Notes under the pieces: model-generated
Database searches by the model: none
Seen by the model: the letters and a program-made list of their open reading frames with translations, nothing else
Told to the model about the DNA's origin: nothing
In this document: piece after piece, positions 1 to 11,417 of the stretch
How the letters are laid out: every line of letters begins with the position of its first letter
Numbering within the stretch: the stretch's first letter is position 1
Assembly (NCBI GenBank): GCA_025558095.1
Contig: JAIVFI010000019.1
Location: forward strand, 496,001 to 560,000
Reading direction: 5' to 3'
Length of the DNA: 64,000 nucleotides
Origin: Hyaloraphidium curvatum SAG 235-1
Taxonomy: Eukaryota > Fungi > Monoblepharomycota
Translations under genes and position numbers: made by a program

Positions 1-1594
1 CGACGACGAGACGTTTGATTTGTACGGCGACGAGCCTGCTTACCCTGGAGAGTCTGGCGGGGTGAGTTTTGTACGGCCGATGGCCTGTCGGTGTACTCGT
101 CCAGGCGGACGGCGCAACGCTCTTGCACGGGAGCAATGGCGAAGCAGAAATGCTGGCGATGTCTTGCCTGTACTTGTGGCGCGGGTTTGCGCGGCTGCCG
201 TCGGTTTGCTCTGTTCTGTACCTAAATGTCTTCTCTCCCTCCTCTCATGTGCTATGTCGTGGACGATACACCTGTTTGCCCATCGGTACGCCCTTCTTTG
301 TTGTAACTCCTATCGTTGGCCCCGTTCTTCGGTCGAACGCACCCGCAGCCCGAGCTCTACGACGACATTCTCGATGACGCCCCGCCCGCCTCGGCCCCGC
401 CTGTCCAGCACGACCCGCCCGCACCGCGGGACCCCCGGCTTTCCCACGATTCCCGCGACCGGGATCGGGATCGCGATCGGGAGCGCGAACGGGAGCGGGA
501 CTTCCGGCCTCCGCCCGCGGCACCGCAGCCCGAGACGAGGCACGTGTACAACGACTTTTCCAGCACGCAGATCCAGGCGACCGTGGACAGGAACTACTCC
601 GGCACCGCCTCGGGCGGTCGAGGGGGCTTCGGAGGCGGCGGACGGGGAGGGTTCGGCGGGGGCGGCCGGGGCGGATTCTCCGGCGACTCGGACAGGGGCC
701 CGATGGAGAGGGGTACGGACTCGCCGGTCGGACCCAACGGCGCGAGGAGCTATGGGCTGTTTGTCGGGGAGCTGCATTGGGTGCGTTCACGTTTCGATCT
801 CGCATTCCGTGGCAATCGCTGACGCACGTTTTCGCAGTGGACGTCGGACCAGGATCTGAGGCAGTGCGCCGTGCGTGCAGGGCTCGGGGACACGATCATC
901 GCCAAAGAGACCACGTTCTTCGAGCACAAGGTCAACGGAAAGTCCAGGGGCACGGCGTACATCGAGTTCACGGACCCGACGGCGGTGATCCAGATGAAGG
1001 AGTGGCTTGATCACAAGTGAGCCTTCTTTACTTTCTGTGCAGGCAGCGACTAATCGATGGACCTCGTTTGCCAGCGAGATCAACGGCAAGCGCCCCGAGG
1101 TCAAGTACGCCCCGCCCACCTTCGGCAGCGGCAGCAACCCCTTCCGCATCGTCCCCAAGGACCCCAAGGAAGCTCGCGCCGAAGCCGCCGCCATGGGCCT
1201 GACCCCCGGCGCCGGCGGCGGGCCCATGCGCAGCAGCGGGCCCACGCGCGGCACCGGCCCCGCACAAGGGGGGCAGAGATATTCGCCCTACGGCACCTCG
1301 GCGCCGCGGCCGAGGCCTTCTGGCGAGGACGGGTACGGCAGGGGGGGCTACGCGGGCGGCGGAGGTGGAGGCGGGGGCTACGGTTCGGGAGGATATGGCC
1401 AAGGAGGGGGTTACGCACCGCGGCCGAGGCCGATGGGCGGGCCGCCGCCTGCGGGCGGGTATCCGCCTCGTCCGCCCTACGGGCAGGGTGGGGGCTACGG
1501 CGGGCCTGGAGGTTATCCGGCGAGGGGGGGATACGCCCCCCCGGGCAGGGGCGGTGCGCACGTGAACCCGGCCTTCTTCGACGGGCAGCGGTGA
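1..1594 (+). CDS. Cleavage factor Im 68/59 kDa (CPSF6/CPSF7)-like RRM protein; 5' end at or beyond the window edge
   Basis: N-terminal DxxFDLYGD. Spliced RRM reads LFVGELHW|WTSDQDL...[18 protein letters not shown] (introns about 781-837 and 1017-1075). Also NPFRIVPKD, a Gly/Pro/Tyr-rich tail and the C-terminal HVNPAFF typical of CFIm68. Confidence 0.85.
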
Positions 1595-1751
1595 TGCGGC
1601 GATGCAGCGATGCATGAACAACAGCCGTGTTGCACCAAGAGAGCTATACATACAGTCTTTCCCTCATCCCCTGCGGCGAATACGTGCGACATATTACATA
1701 GTGCGATCCCCGGGCGTCCAGCGCCCGCGTCCAGCCGTCGCCCGCGACGGC

Positions 1752-3698
1752 CTAGGCCTGCCTCGACATGGCGGCGGTCGGGGTCATGACCACGTCCGCG
1801 TTGCTGACCGAGTGCGCCGTGGCGAGGGTGTCGACCGACATCCTCCTGTCGCGGAACGACATCCGCCGCGGCTTCTCCTCGGGCGCCGCGAGCATCTCGG
1901 GCTTGGCCTCGGGCTTGGGCTCCTCCGGGGCCGGGGCGGGAGCGGGAGCGGCGGGCGCGGGCTTGCGGAAGAGGCGGTACCCCAGGAAGGCGAGCAGCGC
2001 GAGCAGCACGAGGCCGCCAATCACCCCGCCGACGATGGCGCCGACGTTGACGGACGAGGGCTCGGCGGCGGGAGCCGAGGTCGACGCGGCGCTGGAAGTG
2101 CCAGAGGGCTGCAGCGGGCCGACGGTGAAGGCGGCGGGGGCGGCGCATGACCGCACGGCCGGGTTGCTGTCCAGGCACACGGGGTCGTAGGCCGAGCGGT
2201 CGTACTGCCAGCAGAGGCCGCTGTCGGACGAGGCGAGGCGGCAGGTGGAGTAGCTGGGGCCGGTGTAGGCGAGGCCCTGGATCTCGCGCTTGAGCGGCGG
2301 CAGCGGGCCCGAGAACTTGGCGCCCGTCACGTCACTGCGGCCGCACGAGGCATGTCAGCAATGCACATCAGCCGCAGATGCAAAAGCAGCAACGCACATG
2401 CTGGCGAGGTTCGGGAGCCCCCTGAGGTCGGGAATCGGCCCCTCGAGGCTCGTGTTAGCGAGCCCGAACCCGAACAGGTCCGGCATCTCGGCCAGGAAGG
2501 CCGGGAAGGTGCCCGTGAGCCCGGCGTTGCCCGAGACCTGGAACTCGCGCAGCGCGGCGAGCTGCTTGAGCGCGTCCGAGCCGGCGTTGATGTCCCCCGT
2601 CAGGCCCGAGTCGCGGAAGAGCACCTTCTGGATGCCCCAGTCGGGTGCGCACGAGATCTGTCGCGTGCGGCGCACACGATCAGCCAAGCAAGATGCGACG
2701 CGACGGGGGACCGACCTCCTTGGTCAGGGGCTTGGTGTAGTCCATGATGGCCGGGCGCCACGACGGGCAGCACGCCGAGCCGGCGTCGGACCAGAGCTCC
2801 GACTCCTTGGCGCCGTGGGCGACGAGCCAGGTCTTGAGAACCTTGCACTGCGCCGCGGGCGGGATGGGGATGGCTCCTCTGTGGGTTCAGATGTGCCTTG
2901 GACGTCAACGACGAACACGCAACGAACTGCCATCGAACCCACCCGTAGCTCGGCCCGGTAGCACCGGGTTTGCCCGTGCTCGCCGGCACCTCGGGCGCCA
3001 CGAACGTCCCGGGCGGGCACGCGGCCTCGACCCCGCACCTGGCCTCGCTCGTCACGCAGGCGTCGCTCCCCTCGAGGTCGCACGTCGCGGGGACGGCGGC
3101 GGGCACGGCGCCCGACATCTTCGTGCGCGAGACGTCGAGGGTCGAGAGCTGCGGGAGGGCGGTCATGAGGCGGGGGAGGGGGCCGGAGATGGAGGTCGAG
3201 GAGAGGTTGCTGGGAGGGTAGAGGGTCAGCAGATGAGGGATGCGTGAAGTGATGGGGCCCACAGGTTGCGGAGGCCCTTGAGCTGGAACATCCACCCAGG
3301 AAACTCGCCCGTGAGGCGCGAGTTGCCGGCAAAGTCGATCACCTCCCAGCTTTCGGACACTTTGGAGAGCGAGTTGGTGCGGATGTCGCCGACGAGCTCG
3401 TTGGGGCCCCAGTAGAGGGCCTTGAAGGCGCCGGTGGCGTGGTCGCAGACAAGCTGGCGGTGCACGACGTCGTCTGCATCGAGGATGGAATGAGCGACGA
3501 GGATGGTGCGGGGCGCGCGCGCCACGCACCCGAGGCGTCGAACCCGCAGCACGGCGACGCCATGCTGTCCTTTGCCCAGGTGTCCTTGCGGTCGACGCCC
3601 AGGGCGGTCAGGAAGCTGTACAGCTGCATGCAGTCGCGGAAGTGCGACGGCGGCTCCGTCGTGCGCTCGATGAGGTTGGGGGCGTCCGCGGCCGACAT
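1752..3698 (-). CDS. LRR receptor-like single-pass membrane protein with two tandem LRRNT+LRR modules
   Basis: Plant-type LRR motifs (NSRLTGEFP, STSISGPLP, RTKMSGAVP, NAGLTGTFP, NTSLEGPIP). Cys caps SPCC and SACC, a Ser/Ala stalk, TM GAIVGGVIGGLVLLALLAFLGY and a short cytosolic tail. About 5 introns; the 5' end is uncertain. Confidence 0.75.
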
Positions 3699-5134
3699 GG
3701 CTGCGGTGCGGGTGTGCGGTTTGGGGAGCCGGTGTGCGTATCGAGGCGGCCTGCGCTCTCGACGATGACCCTATGAGGAGCAAAGGGCCGCGAGGTGCGA
3801 TGCGATGGAATTCCCGGGCCGAGAGCGGGCGATGGGCGAAGGGGGGTTGTGGCGGCAAGGGCATCCGGCGGCGGGGCGAGCGGGGCAGCCATCGCGGGGC
3901 GTGCGGGTGCGGGTGCGACGAATGAGCGACGTGCGACGGCGATGGCGGGCGTGGCGGGCGCGGGCGGGGCGGGGCGTTTGTCAGCGTGCGTCTTCGGTGA
4001 CTCGACGCGGCCCCCGGCGGCACGCGCCATCGCGGCCGGCCGCCGCGGGCAAAACGGCCGGCGCGCGAGCAGCAACCGTGCGGAACGCGCGGCGGCGCGC
4101 CGCGGGGCCCCAGCGGGCACACGGCCCCGGGGCGCTGCACGGCCGACGCGGCCCCCCGCGGGTCCGCCGCCCGCACCCGCCGGCGCCCGGCCGGCCCCGC
4201 CACGCCGTCCGCATCCTCGGCCCTTTGAAGCAGCACGCACCTGTGGCCGGCGGCCGGAGGGCAAATAGAAAGGTGGAGTGGTGTGGTGGACCAAGAAGCC
4301 TGGCTGGGGAGCGACGAGCTCGGGTTTCCGATTGGGGGTGAACCGAGTCCCCTGCCCACCGCTCGTCGCGGCGTCCGAATGCAACCGATCACCGCGTGCG
4401 GCCCTCAGAATGGATGGATGAAGCAGGTCGGTTGCCTCCGGGGGCCGTGTCTGCATCGCACAAGGTGATCGGGGCTGCCCCTTTTGCTGTGCAAACGGGC
4501 TCGGGGACCGCGCCGTCGATCGTATAGAGGAACGATGCGGGAGGAGCCGGATGCCGGCCGCGTCACTCCAATCTGACCGCCGGAATGCACCTCAACCGAC
4601 CGTCAGCGCCTCCAAGTGGCAGGACCCCTTCCCTCGAGCCCCGGGCCCTGCGCCGCAGCAGACGGCAGGGCCCGGTCGACAGAGGGCCTCCCTCCCCGCC
4701 GAGGGTGTCCTCAAGACGCTACAGAGAAACATTCAATTGTGCGCGGGGAGCCAAGCGCCACGGCTCGCGTCGGGGGGCCATTTGGCTCAAGAGGGCCCCA
4801 AAACCGGTCAGGGTCGGGACTGTCGGGGATCCGCCGTTGGGGGACCTCCGCCACGCCGCAGCGACTGGCCGGCCGCCTCGAGGCCACTCCTACCTTGCGA
4901 ACGGGCAACCCAAATGATGCGTTTGAAACGTGGCGCGAGTGCTTCACCGGCCTGCCTACGTGGCCTGCCTTGGATCAACGAACGGGGACGCCGCCGGCCC
5001 CGGCGGTGCTCGATCGATCGAACCCGGCGGTGCTACTGCACCACGTCGACGCCCAGGCGGCAGCCAGAACCTGCCCAGTCCTATGAATGAATATGTACTG
5101 CATGCGTGCCCGTAGTAGCCCCGCGCAAAGTTCC

Positions 5135-6856
5135 CTAAGCCGTGCGCTGCGTGTTCACCACCACCGTCTTCGTCCCGTCCTCCGTCTCCACCCTCACGCA
5201 CCGCCTGCCCTCGCCGCTCCCGGGGCACGGCACCTCCACCGCCCCCGCAGCCACCACCCCGTACACCTCCCCGTTGTCCCTGTCGGCGTTGGTCAGGAAC
5301 ACCGCGGACCTGTCCTCCCCCCTCGTGTGCGCCTTTTCCGCGTACGCGGCCGCCTGCACCGCGACGTTGCGCACGGCAGCCACGCCCCTCGTCGCAGCGG
5401 GGGGCATCCACACCCTGGTCCCCCAGTCGCCCGTGCCCCCCGCCGCGGCCCACATCCCCGCCGCGTCGCCGAACCGGTGGGGGTAGTTGCCCCACGCGAG
5501 GTAGCCCGCGACAAACACCGGGAAACCGGCCGAGGGCTTGAACTGCCTCCCCCCCCTGAGCTCGTGCGGCCACGACCCTGGGTCGTTGTCCAGCGCCGCG
5601 GGGAGCAGGTACGCCATCGCCAGGCGCATGTTGGGGTGCTGCCAGCAGACGCCCTTGCCGAAGGAGCTCTGCCCGTTCTGCGCCTCGCGTGGGGTGACCA
5701 CCCTGTCCGAGAGCATGGCGAGGTTGACGAGCGCTCGCAGGGCGTAGACGGTGTAGTGCATCGAGTCGGGCCGGGCCGTCTCGGCGGGCATCTCGCCCGT
5801 GTCCCAGTCCACCTGCGTGTCGAGGCGGTACGTGCACCGGTTCTCGATGAACCGCTTGGCGTCCGCCTGCCCCAAAAAGAGCTTGGCGGCGCCGACAAAG
5901 GCGTCGTAGTAGATTCCCAGGTTGTTGTCGTAGGCCGCCGCCTTCTTCCCCGCGCCCGAGGACTGCAGCCAGCCCAGCATGGCCGCAAACCACTTCCTCA
6001 CGCCCGCGTCGAGCTCCCCGTCGTACAGCCAGGGGTGCGACGAGAGGATCCCGATGGCGTCCAGCAGCCGCACCCCGCGGGTCAGGTCGAGGATGCCCAC
6101 GGCGCCCTCGTCGTCGCTGGCGCCCCTGCCCGGGCGAACCTGCGCGAAGCGCATGTTGGGCGTCATGGCGGTCTCGAAGTCGACGAACCACGCGCGCAGC
6201 TGGGCCACGGCGCGGGAGGCGTAGTCGTCGGGGCCGTGGGAGAAGGAGCCGGGGGCGTGCTGCGAGAGGAGGTACGCGTAGGCGAGGTAGGTGACGTAGT
6301 CCTGCACCGAGGTCACGAGCTTGCCCTTGTCGGGGTAGTCGTTGACCTCGGGGTTGGTGTAGCCGTCGCGGCGGACGTACGGTAGCCTGGACATCCAAGG
6401 GAAGGGGTCAACGAAAGGAACAAGGGCTGCAAGGAGGGAGACCCACCCGCTGTCGGTGTTGGGATTCGGCCACCAGTACGGCGCCAGGCTGACAAAGTCG
6501 TTCCACGCCGCCTCTGGTGACGGGCCCGTCTTCTCGTCCCAGATGCCGACGATGGGCGACTGCAGCGCCATCTCCGCGTCCGAATTGAGCCAGGCGAGGA
6601 CGTCCGGCCAGGGAGCGTCGCCCGAGGCGGCTGCCTCCCCCACGAGCTGCAGGTCGACGGGACTCTGCAGGAACAGCCTGTGCGGGGCGACCTGGCGGCG
6701 CACGGCGGCCGGCGGCAGCGGCATTTGCGGGGCGTGGAAGTTGCGGGGCGGCGCCGTCGCGGGGGCCTCGTGGTGCGCGGCGGAAACGCCGGCGACGGCC
6801 AGTGGGAGCAGCGCAGCGAGGAGAGCACCTCGGAAACGAGGGCGTCTGCCGGCCAT
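5135..6856 (-). CDS. Secreted alginate lyase-domain protein (chondroitin AC/alginate lyase fold)
   Basis: Signal peptide, then FVSLAPYWWPNP..GLPYVRRDGYTNPE (restored by removing a 60-nt intron at 6387-6446), TAMTPNMRFAQ, NNLGIYYD and ETARPDSMHY. Confidence 0.85.
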   Translation of the reverse strand: MAGRRPRFRGALLAALLPLAVAGVSAAHHEAPATAPPRNFHAPQMPLPPAAVRRQVAPHRLFLQSPVDLQLVGEAAASGDAPWPDVLAWLNSDAEMALQSPIVGIWDEKTGPSPEAAWNDFVSLAPYWWPNPNTDSGWVSLLAALVPFVDPFPWMSRLPYVRRDGYTNPEVNDYPDKGKLVTSVQDYVTYLAYAYLLSQHAPGSFSHGPDDYASRAVAQLRAWFVDFETAMTPNMRFAQVRPGRGASDDEGAVGILDLTRGVRLLDAIGILSSHPWLYDGELDAGVRKWFAAMLGWLQSSGAGKKAAAYDNNLGIYYDAFVGAAKLFLGQADAKRFIENRCTYRLDTQVDWDTGEMPAETARPDSMHYTVYALRALVNLAMLSDRVVTPREAQNGQSSFGKGVCWQHPNMRLAMAYLLPAALDNDPGSWPHELRGGRQFKPSAGFPVFVAGYLAWGNYPHRFGDAAGMWAAAGGTGDWGTRVWMPPAATRGVAAVRNVAVQAAAYAEKAHTRGEDRSAVFLTNADRDNGEVYGVVAAGAVEVPCPGSGEGRRCVRVETEDGTKTVVVNTQRTA

Positions 6857-7059
6857 CGCTGCGGGCGGCGATCGGGGGATGGCAGATTCGAGCGTTGTTT
6901 GGAGCGGCATCGCACGCGTCGGACCCCCACCACACTCTGCCCCGGAAGCTCGCCATCGGACGCCGCGAAGCCCGCGCCGGATTTGCTCCGAGTCGTTAGT
7001 GACCGCTGCGGGGCCCGGCGGCGCCCGCAGCAGCGGAGGCCCGGCGTGCCTCCCGGGCG

Positions 7060-7791
7060 ATGCAGGATTCGACCTCGACGCTCGACCCCTTGGCGGTCGG
7101 AAAGCAGACGTTCGCGGACGCCCTCGTCGAGGTCAGCAACACCGTGAGGCACCTCGAGCGCGAGGTGCGCGCCGTGCGGCAGGAGGCCTCCGCCCTCAGG
7201 CAGCAGCTCCTCGCCGCCGGCATTGCGCCGTGCGTGCCGGAAACACCGCGGACAGCGCCGCCGAGCGAGAGGCCGCAGCTGCAGCAGCCGCAGCAGCCTC
7301 AGATGGCCTACGTGCCGGGGTATTACGTCCCCTTGACACCCGGAGGAGCCTTGGCATCCCCCGCGACCCCTGGAGGCGCACTCGCATACGCCCCAACACC
7401 CGGAGGATACGTCCTCGCGTCACCGGGCGGTCCGGGCATGCTCTTCCCCTCCCCCGCCCCCGCCTCCCGCCCCACCTCCCCCTTGCAGCCGCAGCCGCAG
7501 CCGCAGCCGCAGCCTCCCCCGACCCCCGAACCCCGCCCCGACCCGGAACTCGCCGCCTTCCGCGCGCTCTGGACCGCCTACGTCGGCCGCAAGGTCGTGC
7601 TGGACCGCTCGCGGGGGGAGAAGCCCGGGGAGATCAGGTTCCTGGGCGCGCCGATCGTGCTCGAGAGCTCGCTGCCGCCCAACGCGAGGGTGCTGCTGCC
7701 GGAGACGCCGGTGGGCAGGGACCAGGACATGAAGCGGGTCAACCTCATCTGCGACGACAACCGTGTCTGCAGGGACCTCCTGTACGGGTGA
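7060..7791 (+). CDS. Coiled-coil/Pro-rich protein with C-terminal I78 (potato inhibitor I-like) peptidase inhibitor domain
   Basis: C-terminus LPPNARVLLPETPVGRDQDMKRVNLICDDNRVCRDLLYG* matches the I78 pattern RVxxPxxxxTxDxxxxRLNxxxDxxxxVxxVxxG*. A (CAGCCG)n QP repeat is present. Confidence 0.6.
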   Translation: MQDSTSTLDPLAVGKQTFADALVEVSNTVRHLEREVRAVRQEASALRQQLLAAGIAPCVPETPRTAPPSERPQLQQPQQPQMAYVPGYYVPLTPGGALASPATPGGALAYAPTPGGYVLASPGGPGMLFPSPAPASRPTSPLQPQPQPQPQPPPTPEPRPDPELAAFRALWTAYVGRKVVLDRSRGEKPGEIRFLGAPIVLESSLPPNARVLLPETPVGRDQDMKRVNLICDDNRVCRDLLYG

Positions 7792-7931
7792 AGCGAAGGG
7801 TGCGGGCGGTGGACGGGCGAGAGAAGCTTGTACCGGGGTGACTGAGCCAATAATGTATCGCGAGACGATCGCCAGATTACGTCGGGTATGTCGAGCGGCC
7901 GGCAACCCCCGCCCGGGGCTTGGCGGCGCGC

Positions 7932-9098
7932 CTACTGCGCTGCGGCGAGGTTCTTGGCCATGCGCTTGAAGCACTCCTCGTACGCCACGTGCACCTCGGG
8001 GATCTCGATGCCGTACTTCTTGGCCGCCTCGACGAGCTTGGTCGTATCCTGGAACGGCGGTCAGCGGCGGTCCGACGACCGACGCGGGGAGGAACCCACC
8101 AGCTCGCAGTTGGACCTGCCCGCCTTGAGGATTTTCGCCTGCTCGTCCACCGTGAAGTTCTTCCACTCGAAGTCCGGCTTGACGTACTTCTTGTACAGCG
8201 CCAGCACCTCGTTGTGCGAGATGGCTCCGGGGTTGGTGAAGTTGTACACCCCCGTGTGCCGGTTCAGCGCGAGCGTGACGGCCACGGGGAGCAGGTCCGT
8301 GAGCATCGTCATCGAGTTGGGGATGTTGACCACGCGCTCGTATTTGGAGATCTTGGTGACGAAGCTCCGCGGGCTCAGGTCGTCCGAGACGGGCATCCGG
8401 AGGCGGAGCGTGAGCACGTTGTCGTACGGGGCGAGGAGCTGATCCCGGCGCGGCGCCGCGGCGGTCAGACGCCAGACTGGGGGAACGGGGACGCGAACGG
8501 GCATACCTTTTCCACCATGGCCTTGGTGTAGCTGTAGAACGAGCCCGAGAAGTTGGCGGCGTCCTCCTCCTTGAACGGAACCCCGTGCTCCTTGTGCACG
8601 TCGTCGTAGTGGTAAATGCAGCCTATGAGGAGGTCCACGACACGCAATTGGCACCAATTAGCACCAAAAAGGACGCACGACAGCGCCCAAAATGGCCCAC
8701 CGGTGGCGAAGTTGGTCATGTGGACGCCCTTGAGGTAGCAGCAGTCGGCCAGGTTGAGCGTGCCGATGACGTTGGACCGGATCGTCGCCTGCTTGTTGTC
8801 CTCGCACCAGTCGACGTTGGGCCGGCCCGTCTGCGCGGCAATTCATTCGCCTTTCGGCCTCCTTAGCGCGGGCCCGACTGGGGACACCCACCACGCCGGC
8901 GCAGTTGAGCACGTGCGTCGGCTTCAGCCTGTCCAGCTCCGCCAGCAGCTTCTCGCGCTCCTCCATGCGGCACTCGCTGGCGTGCACCGCGTAGCCCTTC
9001 GCCTTGAGCATGTCGATGAGCATGCCGCCAATCCAGCCCCGCGGGCCGACGACGAGGAAGACGGGCGCCGCGGTGGCGGTGCCGTTGGGGGTCGCCAT
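7932..9098 (-). CDS. dTDP/UDP-4-keto-6-deoxyglucose 3,5-epimerase/4-reductase (NRS/ER, rhamnose synthesis)
   Basis: GPRGWIGG, KPTHVLNCAGV|TGRPNVDWCE, NVIGTLNLADCC, GSFYSYTK, LRLRMPVSDDL, VVNIPNSMT and AGRSNCEL. Four short introns. Confidence 0.92.
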
Positions 9099-9248
9099 GG
9101 CGGCGGACGGGAGGGCGGGGCGGGAGAGGGGACGGCGGGCCGGAGGACGGTGTTTGGAGAGGAGGGACCCAGGCGGCGGGCAACGTGGCGCGGCCCCGCG
9201 CGCTGATCAACAAGCACACAAACGGTTCGCGCCCCAGGGACCGCTGCA

Positions 9249-10115
9249 ATGGGCTCCGCGGGCAGTTCCCGGCCGCAGATCACCTACGTGATCCAGAACA
9301 TGGAGGCCCTCTCGCCCTGGGTGCTCGCCGAGTACCAGCACATCCCCCTGCACGTCGAACCGTCCCGCGTTGTCTTCACCGCCTTTCCCGCCTCGCAACC
9401 CCACCCTCCCGCCCTGGACGTGTGCCGCCTGACGGAAAGGTCCGTCGAGGAACACATACCGCGGGAGGAGTGGGGATCGGTGTGCCTGCTGGACGAGGAG
9501 GCGCCGGCGGAGCTGAGCCCCGAGGACGCGGGGTGGGTCCGCTACGTGCTGGTGGGGGGGATACTGGGGGACGAGGACGTGGACGATGCGTACCAGGCTG
9601 TGGATAGGGATCGGACGAGGGAGCTGAGGAAGCTCGGGTTTCCGAGTGGGTGGACCGGAATCGGGCGGCGCAGTCATTGGAGACCTGACGGCCCGCAAAT
9701 CGGCAGCACGACATCTTGGGCCGCTGCAAATGACGCTGGATCACGCATGCATTGTGTCGAAGCTCATTTTGGAGGACGGCATCAGGCTGGCGGACATGGA
9801 GTGGGTCGATCGACCGTGGTTCCGATTGGGCAACAAGTGGGTCTCCATGTCTTCTCGGGCCGGAGCAGTCCGTCGTCTACTCATTCTGACACCTTGCTTT
9901 CTGGTAGAGAGGAAATCCAGATACCCTTTCGGTACCTCGCGTACCCAAAACAGCCCGAGCCCGGGAAGCAACTCCCGCAACCCTCAGCAGACCTCGTCGC
10001 CGCGTGCCAAGCCTGCAACGCGGTACCTATGCTCGCTCACGGGCTCTTTGACATTATCAAGGAGGACAATTTGGCTCAGGACGGCGGCGTTGAGGATGAC
10101 GACGTGTGGGGCTAA
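9249..10115 (+). CDS. SFM1: SPOUT-family SAM-dependent methyltransferase SFM1-like
   Basis: YVIQNME...WVLAEY, LVGGILGD, DRTRELR, RHLGPLQMT and IPFRY motifs. Two short introns. Confidence 0.8.
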   Translation: MGSAGSSRPQITYVIQNMEALSPWVLAEYQHIPLHVEPSRVVFTAFPASQPHPPALDVCRLTERSVEEHIPREEWGSVCLLDEEAPAELSPEDAGWVRYVLVGGILGDEDVDDAYQAVDRDRTRELRKLGFPSGWTGIGRRSHWRPDGPQIGSTTSWAAANDAGSRMHCVEAHFGGRHQAGGHGVGRSTVVPIGQQVGLHVFSGRSSPSSTHSDTLLSGREEIQIPFRYLAYPKQPEPGKQLPQPSADLVAACQACNAVPMLAHGLFDIIKEDNLAQDGGVEDDDVWG

Positions 10116-10206
10116 TGCGGAGACGGGGCAACAAGATCATTCTGTTGCGTTCCTCAATTTCTGCAGAGATTTCCATGCAGTTCCTTGATATCGTCCTCCC
10201 ACGTCC

Positions 10207-11279
10207 TCAATCGGCCCCTCCGAGCGTGTACCCGGTCCGCAATCTTGCCTGGTTGGCGTCGAATCCACCTTCCGCACCGGCCTGGCCTTCCTGCACGGCA
10301 GCAGCCCCAGCGGGTCCGTCAAAGGCCGCTTCACCGTCTGTCCGGATTTCCTCTGCCCCCGCGTCGGGCACGCCGGCGGCCTCGGCCTCGCCTTCCCCTT
10401 CCGCGCCCGCCTGCGCCCCCTCGCCGCCCTCGCCGTCCCCCATCGGCAGGTACAGGTCGTTCCGCTCCGGATCCCGCACCCCGAGCACCTCGAGCAGCTT
10501 CCTGAACGCCGCCGGCGCCGCCAGCGTCCTCCCGCCCTCGCCGCGCGGCGCCGGCCCGCCCCGAACCCGCGGCCACACGTCCTCGAGGTAGTAGTACACG
10601 TGCCCGACCGCGATGCCCATCAGATCGCCCGTGGGCCAGACGTTGTTGAGCAGCAGGGAGAAGCCGACGAGGACGTAGGGAAGGTAAGGGGCAGAGAAGG
10701 TGAAGAGGCCGAGGAAGTTCATCCGCACGTGGGGGTTGCGGCGCGACCAGAGGTAGACGAGGTGGAAGGTGAGCGGCGAGGAAAGGAAGGGCAGAGGGGC
10801 GGAAGCGGGGAGGAAGGGGGTGATGATCTGCGGGGAGGAACCGGGTGAGAATCCCGGCCGCCGGAGAACGCGGCACGTCTTCCGACGCGTCTGGCGGGAT
10901 GCAGGATACCCACGATGATCGCGGAGGCGGCAAGCAGCAGCATCCAGACAAAGTCCGCGGTCCGCCCGCGGAAGCTGCCTTCCTCTAGCGCGCGCGAGTA
11001 GCGCACCAGGAAGAACATGTGGAACAGGAAGTCCACCGAGAAGTTGCCAAAGTACAGGAACGACGTGACCAGCCGCCAGTACTGGCCGCCCTTCCATATG
11101 AGGTCCCAGTTGAAGTAGAGGTGGAAGGGCGAGACGAGGTCCAGCTGGCACGCCAGCGTCGTCAGGAACACCGCCGTCAGGTAGACGCGCGTTCCGACGG
11201 GCGTCTCGAAGTACCACGCCTCTATTGGCTGCGCGGCGCCGCCTCCGCCGCCTTCGCCGCCGCCTGCGAACGCGGCCAT
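10207..11279 (-). CDS. DER1: Derlin (ERAD rhomboid pseudoprotease, Derlin-2-like)
   Basis: QYWRLVTSFLYFG, LVRYSRALEEGSFRGRTADF, VYLWSRRNP, APYLPYVL and GIAVGHVYYYLEDVWP. One intron at about 10828-10911. Confidence 0.93.
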
Positions 11280-11417
11280 GGTTGATGTTGAGTCGACGTG
11301 GCAAGCAAGCTCTCCTCCTGCCGAATCACCCAACGTTCCGACGGGATCTCGGCTTCTAATACGAGAGTCAGAAAACTCATTCGGATCTTTCCGAATCCTT
11401 ACACACTCTCGAGCCTT

